Below are positions 11,408 through 21,739 of a DNA stretch of 64,000 bases, piece after piece. The notes under the pieces were generated by a model. That model did not search any database and was not told where the DNA came from. It saw only the letters and a list, made by a program, of their open reading frames with translations. The translations under genes were made by a program, and so were the position numbers. The first letter of the stretch is position 1; each line of letters starts with the position of its first letter. This stretch comes from Oscillatoria princeps RMCB-10. GTDB lineage: Bacteria > Cyanobacteriota > Cyanobacteriia > Cyanobacteriales > Oscillatoriaceae. The stretch spans positions 67,648 through 131,647 of the forward strand of contig JAHHHT010000012.1 of NCBI GenBank assembly GCA_019359235.1, read 5' to 3'.

Positions 11408-12547
11408 TTAATCTACCGGACAGGTAACTTCACAATTATTCTGATTTTGATTTGCAGGCTTTTCATGGGATTCTTGCACTATTAAAGCGCCGATAAACAG
11501 CAGGCTATACCACCCAAAATAAAACGCTATTATTACAGATATACAGGCCCGTGATATCATAGATAAAACCAATTTCAAGTCTTCCTCGTCAGAGAAACTT
11601 ACCATGCCTTTACCGCCCAAAAAATTGTCCCTTTTGTCACCATAAAAAGCAGGTTCTTGCCCAGCCTGCCCCCCTGACAATACTGGGCTTAATGTGCTTA
11701 ATGACAAAGCATCCAGCGCTTGACGCGCCGTGCTGAATCGCTTTTCAGGCGCTGGCTGTACCAACCGTTCAATCCAGTCGGCCAAATCGGAAGTTATCCT
11801 GACCTTATCCTTGAACTGAATTCCCATTCGACGCTGGGGCAAATCAGCGGGAGAGGTGCCTGTTAACAGGTGAATCAGAGTCGCCCCCAAGGCGTAAAGG
11901 TCAGATGCCGGCACAGCTTTTCCCCACAGCTGTTCTGGCGGTGCGTAGCCACTCGTTCCCACCACAGTAAAGGTAACTCCCTCCGCTTTCGCTCTGTCTT
12001 GAACCGCACCAAAATCCACCAGATATATTTGCTTATTTTTTCCCCAAATCAGGTTGCTGGGCTTGATGTCGCGGTGGATAACTGGCGGACTGAGTTTGTG
12101 CAAGTAATTCAAAATATTTAGCACCTCGACAGCGAAGCTACGCACCTCTTTTTCTGTAAAGCTTTTGCCTGCATCCAGCAGCTGCTTGAGGGAGTCGCCG
12201 GGAATGTATTTCTGCACTAACCCAAACCAGGGCAATCCCCCGCCTTCCCGCTCATCCACCGAGAAATAGTCGCGATATTTGGGAATCTGGGGATGATTGA
12301 GATTTTTTAGAACTCGGGCTTCTCGCTCAAACAGCTTAAGTTCATCCCACTGCATCTGGGGATTAAAAGCCAGCAGCTTGACAGTGACTGGTGATGCCGG
12401 CGACGCTTGCATATCAGTTGCTAGCCAAGTTTGACGACCGGCATTTTTTCCCAACTGCTTCTGGAGTTGATAGCGCTCTTGTAAAATCTGTCCTGGTTGC
12501 CACATAATCCTTCTATCCTTTGTCCTTTTTCCTTTGCCACGGTTCAA
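11408..12547 (-). CDS. Membrane-anchored Ser/Thr protein kinase (paralogue A).
   Basis: The product has the Hanks kinase motifs HRDIKPSNLI, DFGAV and GTSGYAPPEQ, plus a C-terminal TM segment. It is ~65% identical over the kinase domain to the adjacent gene. Confidence 0.85.
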   Translation of the reverse strand: MNRGKGKRTKDRRIMWQPGQILQERYQLQKQLGKNAGRQTWLATDMQASPASPVTVKLLAFNPQMQWDELKLFEREARVLKNLNHPQIPKYRDYFSVDEREGGGLPWFGLVQKYIPGDSLKQLLDAGKSFTEKEVRSFAVEVLNILNYLHKLSPPVIHRDIKPSNLIWGKNKQIYLVDFGAVQDRAKAEGVTFTVVGTSGYAPPEQLWGKAVPASDLYALGATLIHLLTGTSPADLPQRRMGIQFKDKVRITSDLADWIERLVQPAPEKRFSTARQALDALSLSTLSPVLSGGQAGQEPAFYGDKRDNFLGGKGMVSFSDEEDLKLVLSMISRACISVIIAFYFGWYSLLFIGALIVQESHEKPANQNQNNCEVTCPVD

Positions 12548-12554
12548 TGACCAA

Positions 12555-13991
12555 CTATCTCAGCCAGTCTTCTATTTCTTTAACGAGCCAGTTGCACTCG
12601 GCTTGCGTCATACCTGCAACCTCATAATATTTCTCTCCTACCTTGACATAAACGACTTGATCTAAATCCCAAAAATTTTTTCTTTCTCGGTCAGAGGTCT
12701 GTTCCAGCTTGCGAAAATAGCAAAAACCAAACATGTGGCGTTCAAGTCTAAAGAAGCTTCTCTCCAAATAAATGCTAGTGTTTGAGAGCGACGGGTTTTT
12801 AAATAGGTTAAATACCTGAGCAATTAAATCATTTAACACTCTTATAAAAAGAACACACCCATCCTTTAACGAAGACAAGAAATATCCAAGAGCCGTAAAA
12901 AGAACAAGCGCAATCAGCGTCCAAACACCCAGCCAAATGATTGCAGCAACTTCATATAAACCAGCTATCGCAACTAAAAGTATCAAATACAAGGGGCATA
13001 TCACTATCACCAATATACTAACTCCCAAAAACCCCAACATAGTTAATTTTAACAGCCACGCTCCCAAACTCCACAGCCCGCCTCCGGGAATTTGAATTTT
13101 CATCTGGGTCGCAGATTTTTCAATCCTAATTCTGGTGCGGAAGGGCGGCTTAATCTCTTGCAGGGTGCTGCTGAGCAAACTACCTGTCTCCAGCGCCTCA
13201 AGGGCAACACCGGCACCACTCAATCGCAGTTCCAGATCCGGTTCAGTCAGAGCTTCAATCCAGCTGACAAAATTAGGATTTATGCTGACTTGCCCTTGAA
13301 ATTCAATCCGCAAATCCCGCTGCGGCAAATTAGCCGGTGGCGTGCCGGTTAGCAAATGAATCAGAGTCGCACCCAAGGCATAAAGGTCAGATGCCGGCAC
13401 AGCTTTCCCCCAAAACTGCTCCAGCGGCGCGTAGCCGGTAGTGCCCACTACAGTAAAAGTAGCACCGGCAGCAGCAGCAGTATCTTGAACCGCACCAAAA
13501 TCCACCAGATAAACCTGTTCGTTTTCTGCTATAATCAGATTGCTCGGTTTAATGTCGCGGTGGATAACCGGCGGATTCAACCCGTGCAAGTACCTGAGAA
13601 TCTCCAGAACTTGCGTCGCAACTGAGCGCACCTCCCCTTCCGTAAAGTGCCGGCCTTCATCCAGCAGCTGTTGCACGGAAGAACCCGCGATGTAATCCTG
13701 CACCAAGCCAAACCAGCACAAACCGGCACCCGCCTGTTTGTCCAGGGAAAAATAATCGCGATAGCAAGGAATCCTCGGGTGGGAAAGCTGTTTCAAGATA
13801 TTCGCTTCCCGCTCAAACAGCTTGAACTCCTCCCACTGCATTTCCGGGCTAAAAGCCAGCAGCTTCAGGATTACTAAAGATGCCGGCGACATGCCGGTGT
13901 CAGTAGCCAGCCAGGTTTGCCGACCGGCATTGTTTCCCAACAGTTGCTGGAGTTGGTATCGCCCCTGTAAAATTTGCTCTGTTTGCAGCAT
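12555..13991 (-). CDS. Membrane-anchored Ser/Thr protein kinase (paralogue B) with a longer C-terminal multi-TM region.
   Basis: The product has HRDIKPSNLI, DFGAVQD and GTTGYAPLEQ motifs. Its C-terminus carries several hydrophobic helices. Confidence 0.85.
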   Translation of the reverse strand: MLQTEQILQGRYQLQQLLGNNAGRQTWLATDTGMSPASLVILKLLAFSPEMQWEEFKLFEREANILKQLSHPRIPCYRDYFSLDKQAGAGLCWFGLVQDYIAGSSVQQLLDEGRHFTEGEVRSVATQVLEILRYLHGLNPPVIHRDIKPSNLIIAENEQVYLVDFGAVQDTAAAAGATFTVVGTTGYAPLEQFWGKAVPASDLYALGATLIHLLTGTPPANLPQRDLRIEFQGQVSINPNFVSWIEALTEPDLELRLSGAGVALEALETGSLLSSTLQEIKPPFRTRIRIEKSATQMKIQIPGGGLWSLGAWLLKLTMLGFLGVSILVIVICPLYLILLVAIAGLYEVAAIIWLGVWTLIALVLFTALGYFLSSLKDGCVLFIRVLNDLIAQVFNLFKNPSLSNTSIYLERSFFRLERHMFGFCYFRKLEQTSDRERKNFWDLDQVVYVKVGEKYYEVAGMTQAECNWLVKEIEDWLR

Positions 13992-14252
13992 CTCGTTCCA
14001 AAGGGAGCAAACCCCGATACAATTTCATCTCATATCTATATTACCCAGCTAGCAGGCGGCTGCTACCAAAGCTTAATGAAATTTAACATAATGGGTGGGA
14101 CTCCCGTCTTCAGGGGGATATCTAGTCTGCGCCGCACCTTATTATAGAATCCCCACCTTCCCAGCTCAAGCAGGGAACGTGGGCTGCTGTCGCCACCGCC
14201 GACTTTCAAGGGATAAGGTGCGACGCTCCTCCCCCCGGATACCAGCCGCTTC

Positions 14253-14624
14253 TCATACAGCAATCGCGTGCAGTCCGTGCTGTCTCGCCCACACAATCCG
14301 GTTGCGGGGAATCAGCCCACAAGATTCTAAAATGGGAAAGAAGCGAATGTCAAGGGGAATCAGCATCCCCCGGTTGGAAAAAGCCCCGACTTGCCAGAAC
14401 AGCGAGCCGGTTTTTTTCAGAATGCGGCTGCACTCCCGCAGCACGGCTGTCTGTTCTTCCAGGTAAATCTCCAGCGCCTTCTTGGCTTCGTACTCTTTCC
14501 CCAGATTGTACGGGGGCGAGGAGACAACCAAGTCAGCACATTCCGCCGGCAAGCCGGTGAGCAACTCCCGACAGTCCCCCAGATAGATATTATTCAAGGG
14601 GAGATTCTCTCTATTTCCTTTCAC
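14253..14624 (-). pseudogene. N-terminal fragment of a DNA N6-adenine/N4-cytosine methyltransferase (ParB-type MTase family), truncated.
   Basis: The product begins NNIYLGDCRELL…DLVVSSPPYNLGKEYE, with SPPY as a DPPY-type motif IV. It terminates after 123 aa, where the ~300-aa family would normally continue. No partner restriction gene is adjacent. Confidence 0.5.
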
Positions 14625-14778
14625 TCAAATACCTGCCCGCTACAGAAAAACCCAGATGTTCAGAAACCGGGTTTCTTGAAGAAACCCGGTTTCTTAGAGC
14701 GCTTTAATAACCCGGCTTTCTCAACCCCCGTTTCAGCAAAACTTTTAACACAAAATTTGCTTTCTGTCAACTGTGGCA

Positions 14779-15876
14779 TCACTTATTAGGTGCAGCCACC
14801 GGCTCAAAGGGCACGCTCTTCCCCCCCAAATCGTCCACAATCGCCCGCGTATTCGCCACCATCATCTTAATATAAGAATCCCCCTCACTGCCGGCAGCCC
14901 CAATCGAGTCGGAGTACAGCGGTTTTGCCGCTAATTTCACCGAAGCTTCCTCAGCCACAGTCTTAATCAGGGCTGGGTTAATCGTGGTTTCCGCAAAAAT
15001 TGCCGGCACACCAGCCGCCTTGACAGCCTCTACCAGTTTGCGCACCGTTTGGGCGCTGGGTTGCTCCTCGGTACTGATGCCAATCAAAGTTCCAACAACT
15101 TCCAACCCATAAGCGCGTGCGTAATATTGAAAAGCATCGTGCGTCGTCACCAGCCGGCGCTTGTCTGCAGGGAGAGTTTCCAGCTGCAGGCTTATCCAAG
15201 TGTCCAGCTGCTTCAGTTCGCCGGTCAGTCGCGCCGCATTCTGGGTAAATTCTTCTCTATCTTCTGGCGACAGCTCAATTAAAGCATCCCGAATGGCACT
15301 CACCATCGCAATCACATTTTCCACATCCCCCCAAACGTGCGGATCTGGCACTTTTTCGCCTTTTTTTTCCAGCTGTAGCGGCTTGACAACTTCTCCCACC
15401 GGCACCTGACGCGCCTTCACCCCAGCCGCCTTCATCAATTTAATCAGTCCGGGCTCCAAATTGTAGCCATTATACAGAATCAGCTTTGCTTTTTCCAGGG
15501 CGATGCTGTCCGCCGGCACCGGCTCGTAAACGTGAGGATCTGCGCCGGGTTTGAGAATGCCGGTGAGCTGAATCTCATCCCCCCCCACGCGCTCCGCCAG
15601 ATTCTCGATGATCGTGCTCGTCGCCACCACACTGGGCTTGTCTTGCGATTCTGGACTGGTGCGGTTGGGTGCCGGTGGCGCACACCCGCTCAACACAGCC
15701 AGCAGCAAGACGAAGCCCAGCCTGAGGGCGTGCGTTCCCAGCAGGGACACCCCTTGCCGGTGGCCCTCATGCCGGTGGCCCGCAAGGCTCGTCTGGTGCG
15801 TTCCCTTGGGGAGAACGCACCCTACAGGGAGGGTTGGGGGATTAGGTCTGCTGCTACAGCTGTGAGCCATCACCAT
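14779..15876 (-). CDS. Metal (Zn/Mn) ABC transporter periplasmic substrate-binding lipoprotein of the TroA/ZnuA family.
   Basis: The product has a His-rich N-terminal region, a lipoprotein signal (…LLLAVLSGC) and the cluster-9 SBP fold signature. It is adjacent to matching ATPase and permease genes. Confidence 0.8.
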   Translation of the reverse strand: MVMAHSCSSRPNPPTLPVGCVLPKGTHQTSLAGHRHEGHRQGVSLLGTHALRLGFVLLLAVLSGCAPPAPNRTSPESQDKPSVVATSTIIENLAERVGGDEIQLTGILKPGADPHVYEPVPADSIALEKAKLILYNGYNLEPGLIKLMKAAGVKARQVPVGEVVKPLQLEKKGEKVPDPHVWGDVENVIAMVSAIRDALIELSPEDREEFTQNAARLTGELKQLDTWISLQLETLPADKRRLVTTHDAFQYYARAYGLEVVGTLIGISTEEQPSAQTVRKLVEAVKAAGVPAIFAETTINPALIKTVAEEASVKLAAKPLYSDSIGAAGSEGDSYIKMMVANTRAIVDDLGGKSVPFEPVAAPNK

Positions 15877-15969
15877 TGCCTATCTTTAGTATTATTTCTA
15901 TGTAGAGATTTTTTCATATTTCTTTCATTTTTAGAGTACGCTGAAAAAAAGCCAACCTAAGAAGAGCGT

Positions 15970-16791
15970 ATGAAGAGCCTGAAGCTGTCGTCCAGTGCCG
16001 GTGAGCTAACTCACCCCCAACCCCTTCGCAACCCTCACCCAGCAGGACTTGAGAGGGGGGAGCCAGCGATTGTCGTCAGCCATCTAGGGGTGAAATACCG
16101 CACCGTAGAGGCCCTGCGGGATGTCAGCGCCGTGGCCCACAGCGGCAGGCTCACCGGCATTATCGGGCCCAACGGTGCCGGCAAAAGTACCCTCCTGAAA
16201 GCCATGCTGGGATTAGTTCCCACCACCAGCGGACAGGTGCTGTGCGGCGGGAAACCCCTCTGTGAGCAGCTGGAGCGGGTGGCTTATGTCCCGCAGCGCT
16301 CGCAAATTGACTGGACATACCCCGCCACAGTCTGGGATGTGGTAATGATGGGGCGGGTGAGGAAAACCGGCTGGTTCCGCCGCTTTTCCGCCGTCAGCAG
16401 CCGGACAGCCGCCGCAGCGCTAGAGCGCGTGGGCATGAGCGACTGCAGCAACCGGCGCATTGGCGAACTCTCTGGCGGACAGCAGCAGCGGGTGTTTCTC
16501 GCTAGGTCACTCGCTCAGGAAGCGGATATCTTCTGCTTTGACGAGCCCTTTGCCGGTATTGACCAAAAAACCCAAAGCGTCATTTTCAACATTTTCCACG
16601 AACTAGCCGCAGATGGCAAAATCGTGCTAGTCGTCAACCACGACCTAGGGGAATCCATCACCCACTTTGACGACCTAATTTTACTCCATACAGAAATAAT
16701 CGCCACCGGCCACCGGCAGCAAGTCCTGACACCAGAAAACCTTTACCGCGCCTACGGAGGTCAGGTCATGTTCTTTGACGACGCTGCATAA
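15970..16791 (+). CDS. Metal ABC transporter ATP-binding protein.
   Basis: The product has Walker A GPNGAGKST, the ABC signature LSGGQQQR and Walker B IFCFDEP. Confidence 0.85.
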   Translation: MKSLKLSSSAGELTHPQPLRNPHPAGLERGEPAIVVSHLGVKYRTVEALRDVSAVAHSGRLTGIIGPNGAGKSTLLKAMLGLVPTTSGQVLCGGKPLCEQLERVAYVPQRSQIDWTYPATVWDVVMMGRVRKTGWFRRFSAVSSRTAAAALERVGMSDCSNRRIGELSGGQQQRVFLARSLAQEADIFCFDEPFAGIDQKTQSVIFNIFHELAADGKIVLVVNHDLGESITHFDDLILLHTEIIATGHRQQVLTPENLYRAYGGQVMFFDDAA

Positions 16792-17015
16792 TAAAGCCTG
16801 TTTGGCAAGTAAATTTTCTCTCTTTCTCTCTCATTCTCAGCCCGAAGCTGGGAATGAGAATTAACTCTGCGCCTCTGCGCCCTCTGCGGCAAAAAAATAT
16901 TCCTCTTGCTTCTTGGCGTCCTTGGCGTCTTGGCGGTTCATTATTAACTTATACGAACGCCGATGTCGCGTCTCTACCAGACACCAATGCCCCCTGCGGT
17001 AAAAAAAATATTCCC

Positions 17016-17912
17016 ATGCTGGAATCCTTAATAGAGCCGCTGCAGTACGGCTTCATGCAGCGCTCACTGATCGTAGCCATCCTAGTCGGACTGATCTGCG
17101 CCGTCACCGGCAGCTACTTAATGGTGCAGAGACTGGCGCTCCTCGGTGACGCCATCAGCCACTCGGTACTTCCCGGATTAGCCATCGCCTTTCTCCTGGG
17201 AGCCAATATCTTCCTGGGCGCTTTCATTGCCGGTGTTCTCAGCACAATGGCCATTGCCTGGATACGAACGCGCTCCCCCATCAAAGAAGACGCGGCAATG
17301 GGGATTGTTTTTTCAGCCTTTTTCGCTCTCGGCATTACCTTAATTACCATCATCCAAAAAGACAACAAAATCGACCTCAATCACTTTTTGTTTGGCAACA
17401 TTCTGGGCGTCACGGCTGAGGAAGTGCGCGACACCGGCATTATTGCGGCTGTCGTGCTGCTCGTGGTGGTGCTGCTGTACAAAGAACTGCTGTTTTACAC
17501 GTTTGACCCCACGGGAGCTCAGGCGGCTGGGCTGCCGGTGAACCTGCTAAATTTTGGCCTGATGGTGCTGATTGCGCTGACGGTTGTGGCGAGCATGAAA
17601 GCTGTCGGCGTCATCCTGGTGCTGTCGCTGCTGATCACGCCGGGAGCGACTGCTTATTTGCTGGTTCCGCGCCTGCACCAGGTGATGATTTTAGGTGCCG
17701 GTATTGGGATTTTTTCCAGCATTGCCGGCATGTACCTCAGCTATTTCTACAATCTTCCGTCAGGCCCTGCTATTGTATTAGTAGTGTCGGGATTATTTGT
17801 GCTGGCGCTGCTGTTCAGTCCCAGTCAGGGAATCTTCACCCAGCGCCGGTCAGGTTCTGGGAATTCCCAGATTTGGCGGGAGTTGAAGGGTTTGATGCGC
17901 TGGCGCTCTTAG
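17016..17912 (+). CDS. Metal ABC transporter permease of the ZnuB/MntB family.
   Basis: The product is a polytopic membrane protein in the metal-ABC gene order. The ORF track starts at 16854, inside an SDR, so the likely start is the ATG at 17016 (MLESLIEPLQYG…). Confidence 0.8.
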   Translation: MLESLIEPLQYGFMQRSLIVAILVGLICAVTGSYLMVQRLALLGDAISHSVLPGLAIAFLLGANIFLGAFIAGVLSTMAIAWIRTRSPIKEDAAMGIVFSAFFALGITLITIIQKDNKIDLNHFLFGNILGVTAEEVRDTGIIAAVVLLVVVLLYKELLFYTFDPTGAQAAGLPVNLLNFGLMVLIALTVVASMKAVGVILVLSLLITPGATAYLLVPRLHQVMILGAGIGIFSSIAGMYLSYFYNLPSGPAIVLVVSGLFVLALLFSPSQGIFTQRRSGSGNSQIWRELKGLMRWRS

Positions 17913-18226
17913 AGCGGGTTTATAAAGTAATTGTTAAGCTGTAATGGGGGCGAGAAACCGGGTTTCTTCAGTACAAGAAACCCGGTTTCTTGTGGCTTGA
18001 CTTTTTCTTTATAAATCAGGGTAACATTATAACTCAGCTCTTAGGGATGCCGGCACGAGCGGCAATTCCGAAAAAACGAAGGCCCAGTCGTTCTGGGCCA
18101 AGACCGGCGCTGTCTCCCCGGAGTGGCGGGGGTTGAGAGGGGTTTGCGGGGTGGCGCGGATGGCCCCGGTCGCGGTAGCATAACAAAAGTTAACATTCCG
18201 CTCAGGATGAGTTGCAGCTACCCGCG

Positions 18227-18688
18227 ATGACAGTCAAAATAGGAGACACCGCCCCCGATTTCACCATGCCGTCCCAGAGCGGCGAGCCGGTCAGCCTCAA
18301 GGATTTCCGGGGCAAAAAGGCCGTGGTCCTGTATTTTTACCCCAAAGACGACACGCCCGGATGTACGGCGGAGTCCTGCGCGTTCCGGGACAGTTACGAA
18401 ACGTTCACGGATGCCGGTGCCGAGGTGATAGGGGTCAGCGGCGACTCACCGGCGTCGCACCAGCAATTTGCAGCCAAGTACAAGTTGCCGTTTACCCTGT
18501 TGAGCGACACCGGCAACCAGGTGCGCAAGCTGTACGGAGTGCCGGCGGCGGCTTTCGGGCTGCTTCCCGGGAGAGTCACCTACGTCATTGACCGGGAGGG
18601 GGTTGTCCAGCACATCTTTAACTCAATGATGAACTTCACAGCTCACGTTCAGGAGTCGCTCAAAACCCTGGAAGGGCTGAAAAATTAG
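18227..18688 (+). CDS. bcp: Peroxiredoxin Bcp (thiol peroxidase).
   Basis: The product has the peroxidatic motif FYPKDDTPGCTAESCAFRD, which is Px3Tx2C. It is ~155 aa. Confidence 0.85.
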   Translation: MTVKIGDTAPDFTMPSQSGEPVSLKDFRGKKAVVLYFYPKDDTPGCTAESCAFRDSYETFTDAGAEVIGVSGDSPASHQQFAAKYKLPFTLLSDTGNQVRKLYGVPAAAFGLLPGRVTYVIDREGVVQHIFNSMMNFTAHVQESLKTLEGLKN

Positions 18689-18781
18689 CAGCCGGCTACA
18701 GGAAAAACCAAAACCCCCAACCCGCCTTCCCGGTGAGGGAAGGCGGCTGGGGGGTTAGGTTAAAGGCAGGTTGGGCTTAGC

Positions 18782-19438
18782 TCAGGCGTGCCCGGACTTG
18801 GACTTTTCTGGCACCGCAGCGCTGCTGGCCATCTTGCCATTTTTGCTGCTGGTTTGGCCATTGCCGTTACGGGGTAAAATCAGCCCGTAACCGCCGTGGC
18901 TTTTGCGCTCGTAGATCACGTTAATCTCGCCCGTTTCGGCATTCCGGAACATGTAGAAATCGTGATCGATCAGCTGGAGCTGTTCCAAGGCTTCTTGAAC
19001 ACTCATTGGCGGCATAGCGAAATACTTGGTTCGCACCACTTCGCTGGGAAGTTCCGGGGTGCGATTGCCAATTATATCAGTCGCCACTGGCTGTTCGGCT
19101 GCAACCACAGTGGGTGTGGGCACTGCCTGGGTCTTTTGGTCGTGGCGCTTTTCTTTGTATTTGCGCAGCTGACGAGCAATCTTATCCGCGACTAGGTCGA
19201 TGCTGGCGTACAGGTTTTCGCTGCTTTCTTCGGCACGGATGACCGTACCGTTGGCGTAAATAGTGACTTCAGCCGCCTGGTTGGGGTTGATCCGAGGATT
19301 GCGAGCCACTGACAGGTGCACGTCAACTTCCATCGTCAAGTTTTGAAAGTGGTTGACCGCTTTCTCAACTTTTTGATTGACGTACTCGCGAATCGCATCG
19401 GTGATTTCAATATTTTTGCCGTGGATAACAAGCTTCAT
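18782..19438 (-). CDS. hpf: Ribosome hibernation promoting factor, long form (LrtA-like).
   Basis: The product begins [28 protein letters not shown]…, which is the S30AE N-terminal domain, followed by a C-terminal dimerisation domain. The likely start is the internal Met at 19438. Confidence 0.85.
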   Translation of the reverse strand: MKLVIHGKNIEITDAIREYVNQKVEKAVNHFQNLTMEVDVHLSVARNPRINPNQAAEVTIYANGTVIRAEESSENLYASIDLVADKIARQLRKYKEKRHDQKTQAVPTPTVVAAEQPVATDIIGNRTPELPSEVVRTKYFAMPPMSVQEALEQLQLIDHDFYMFRNAETGEINVIYERKSHGGYGLILPRNGNGQTSSKNGKMASSAAVPEKSKSGHA

Positions 19439-20116
19439 AACTGATTTTCCCGCTGAATAGCCCACTTGTCGGAAAGGCGGAAGGCTCTCCTCCCCAGTGC
19501 GGCGGGAGGGCGTTGGGTGGTAAGGGAAGGTGGAATTAATTCATCCCATATCGCTGTATCCTTCATCCTTTCAGAGTGGGGGGAAAGCGGGGCGGGGATT
19601 GCCGCTTTCCTGAAACCAATCGTGTAGCCCGTTTTTAGCTAAAGCCCCGAGAGAGCAATTCACCCTGACTTTTGGTTGGTGGTTGCTGGCGGGATCGCAG
19701 ATCCCAAGAACGGAGCCGAAACTTTTCGGGAGTGTGGGCCAGTCACTGTTTTAAGGCCCTGCCTCTTCTGCCCGTTTGTCCGGGGCGACAGCCCCTAGCG
19801 GTCTGAGGGTTGGCCAGCACTTCCGGAAATAGCGTTCCCGGCGGCACTCCGCTCTCAGGCACTCTGGGGATTTGTCCCAAAGGGGTTATGGAACCAATTC
19901 TACAGAACTATCTAACTGCGCTCGCCACACTCACCGCCTTGAGATGGGGCTGTTCAAACTTTGTCCTCCCCGGGAATGATTGCCTCTACTATCACCCTAT
20001 CACTTTGTATTCTGGAGAACAGAGACTTTTGGCTTCTCTTTAAAATCTGTTGCATTCCTTGAAAATTCGTGATGTTACTCCCCCGGTCTGCGGGCTAAAC
20101 TTGCGTCTAATTACTC

Positions 20117-20863
20117 TTGATTTTTTGCATGGCTTCGAGTAAGTACCCCACTCCGGCGGCCTCGGCTGGGCCGCACCGGCATCGCTGTAGGTTATACAAC
20201 CTAGGACAGGTGCCCTACACTGCGGCTCGGGCGTGGCAGCAGTCACTGGTGGCGGAACGCCAGAACGCTCCCGACGAGTTAGAAGATGTCTTGATTTTGC
20301 TGGAACACCCGCCGGTATACACCCTGGGGCGGGGAGCCAGTCTGGAATTTCTCAAGTTCGACCCGAGCAGTGCCGGTGTGGGAGTGCACCGAGTTGAGCG
20401 CGGGGGTGAAGTCACCTACCACTGTCCGGGCCAGCTGGTGGGCTACCCGATTTTGAATCTGCAAAGGCACCGGCAAGACTTGCACTGGTATTTGCGCCAG
20501 CTGGAAGAAGTCTTGCTGGAGGTGCTGGAATTTTGGGGGCTGGAGGGTGAGCGGATTGCAGGCCAAACCGGCGTTTGGCTGGAGGGGCGAAAGGTGGCGG
20601 CTATCGGGATCAAAGTCAGCCGGTGGATTACCATGCACGGCTTTGCTTTAAATGTCTGTCCGGACTTAGAGGGATTTGAGCGCATTGTCCCTTGCGGGAT
20701 TGCCGACAAGCCGGTCGGCAGTTTGGCGCAGTTTGTGCCGGGAATCGAGATAGACTCGGTGCGCCGGGCAGTAGCTGACGCTTTTGCCCGAGTGTTTGAT
20801 GTCCAACTTGACCTTCAAGAGGGTTTCCCAGTCCTGTCAAATCCGGTTGCGGCGGATGCGTAA
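20117..20863 (+). CDS. lipB: Octanoyltransferase (lipoyl(octanoyl) transferase).
   Basis: The product has family motifs: [17 protein letters not shown]…[12 protein letters not shown]…[17 protein letters not shown]…[21 protein letters not shown]. Confidence 0.85.
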   Translation: MIFCMASSKYPTPAASAGPHRHRCRLYNLGQVPYTAARAWQQSLVAERQNAPDELEDVLILLEHPPVYTLGRGASLEFLKFDPSSAGVGVHRVERGGEVTYHCPGQLVGYPILNLQRHRQDLHWYLRQLEEVLLEVLEFWGLEGERIAGQTGVWLEGRKVAAIGIKVSRWITMHGFALNVCPDLEGFERIVPCGIADKPVGSLAQFVPGIEIDSVRRAVADAFARVFDVQLDLQEGFPVLSNPVAADA

Positions 20864-20963
20864 ACAATAGACTCAGCAGGTGCGCCCCCTCTGGGCGCGA
20901 CCCCGCATTCAGAAGAGGAGCCCGCTGGCTTATTGCCCGAGTGCCCGCAACCGGCAAGCCTTT

Positions 20964-21503
20964 TTAGAAGGGAATGTCATCGCCGTCTTGTTCCCTCCCG
21001 GGGGTACTGGGATCGTCGGGTGACTCCTGATAGGCGGAATAGGTTTGCGAGGCGGCAGGGGGGGATTGATACCTGGACTCCCCTGGTTCAGACTCAGCGG
21101 GTGTCTCTGGCCACCTTCCTGTGCCGGCTTGGTTGCGGGAGGTAAAGGAAACCACGTTACTGGGGGTGGGGGTTCGGGTGGCCTGCGCCCTGCCGGCATT
21201 CAATTCCAAGCTGTGTATCCGTTGAGCGGTTAATTCAGCGCGTTTTTCCTTGAATCCCTCGGGCCGGTCTACGGTATTCATACTCAAGCGGCCTTCTATC
21301 ACCACCCGATCTCCTTGGCGATAGCGATCGGAAATTTCTTGGGCGAGATTCCCCCATACCACCACCTTCAAGGTTTCCGGGGGGTCGTCATCCTTTGGCC
21401 CTGGAAACTGAACCAGCATTTCAGTAATCTGAGTTTGGTTGTCTGCCGTATAGCGCAGTTGCGGGTCTTGGACAATTTCCGCCATCAAAATGCAGCTGTT
21501 CAT
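20964..21503 (-). CDS. ssb: Single-stranded DNA-binding protein.
   Basis: The product has an OB fold (MNSCILMAEIVQDPQLRYT…VVWGNLAQ…), a Gly/Pro/Gln-rich linker and the C-terminal acidic tip DGDDIPF. Confidence 0.85.
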   Translation of the reverse strand: MNSCILMAEIVQDPQLRYTADNQTQITEMLVQFPGPKDDDPPETLKVVVWGNLAQEISDRYRQGDRVVIEGRLSMNTVDRPEGFKEKRAELTAQRIHSLELNAGRAQATRTPTPSNVVSFTSRNQAGTGRWPETPAESEPGESRYQSPPAASQTYSAYQESPDDPSTPGREQDGDDIPF

Positions 21504-21739
21504 CTGAAAAACCCGCTGGATACTCCGTCTCAATCCGATATTTAGACGGGGAGGAAAGCGGGGCGGGGTTTGTCGGTTTTACCGCTTTCCTTGTGTGCGT
21601 TCGTCTGCCCCTCGATCGCGGCGGCCTGGCAACCCACTGGCACTCAGCAGGACTGGCCTTGCGAGTCAGGCGGTTGCCTGTTTGGGTGCTGTGCTGGCTA
21701 ATAACCTAGGGAGCAGGCTCTTTTTTGGGCGGTTTTTCC

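Noticed and set aside
19470-20110. A structured ncRNA (RNase P RNA, tmRNA or 6S) in the long hpf-lipB intergenic gap.
   Set aside because: I looked for RNase P motifs (GGAAAGTCCGG…), a tmRNA tag reading frame and a tRNA-like end, and found none. I could not support any RNA family by eye. It remains unannotated and is only flagged in the findings.
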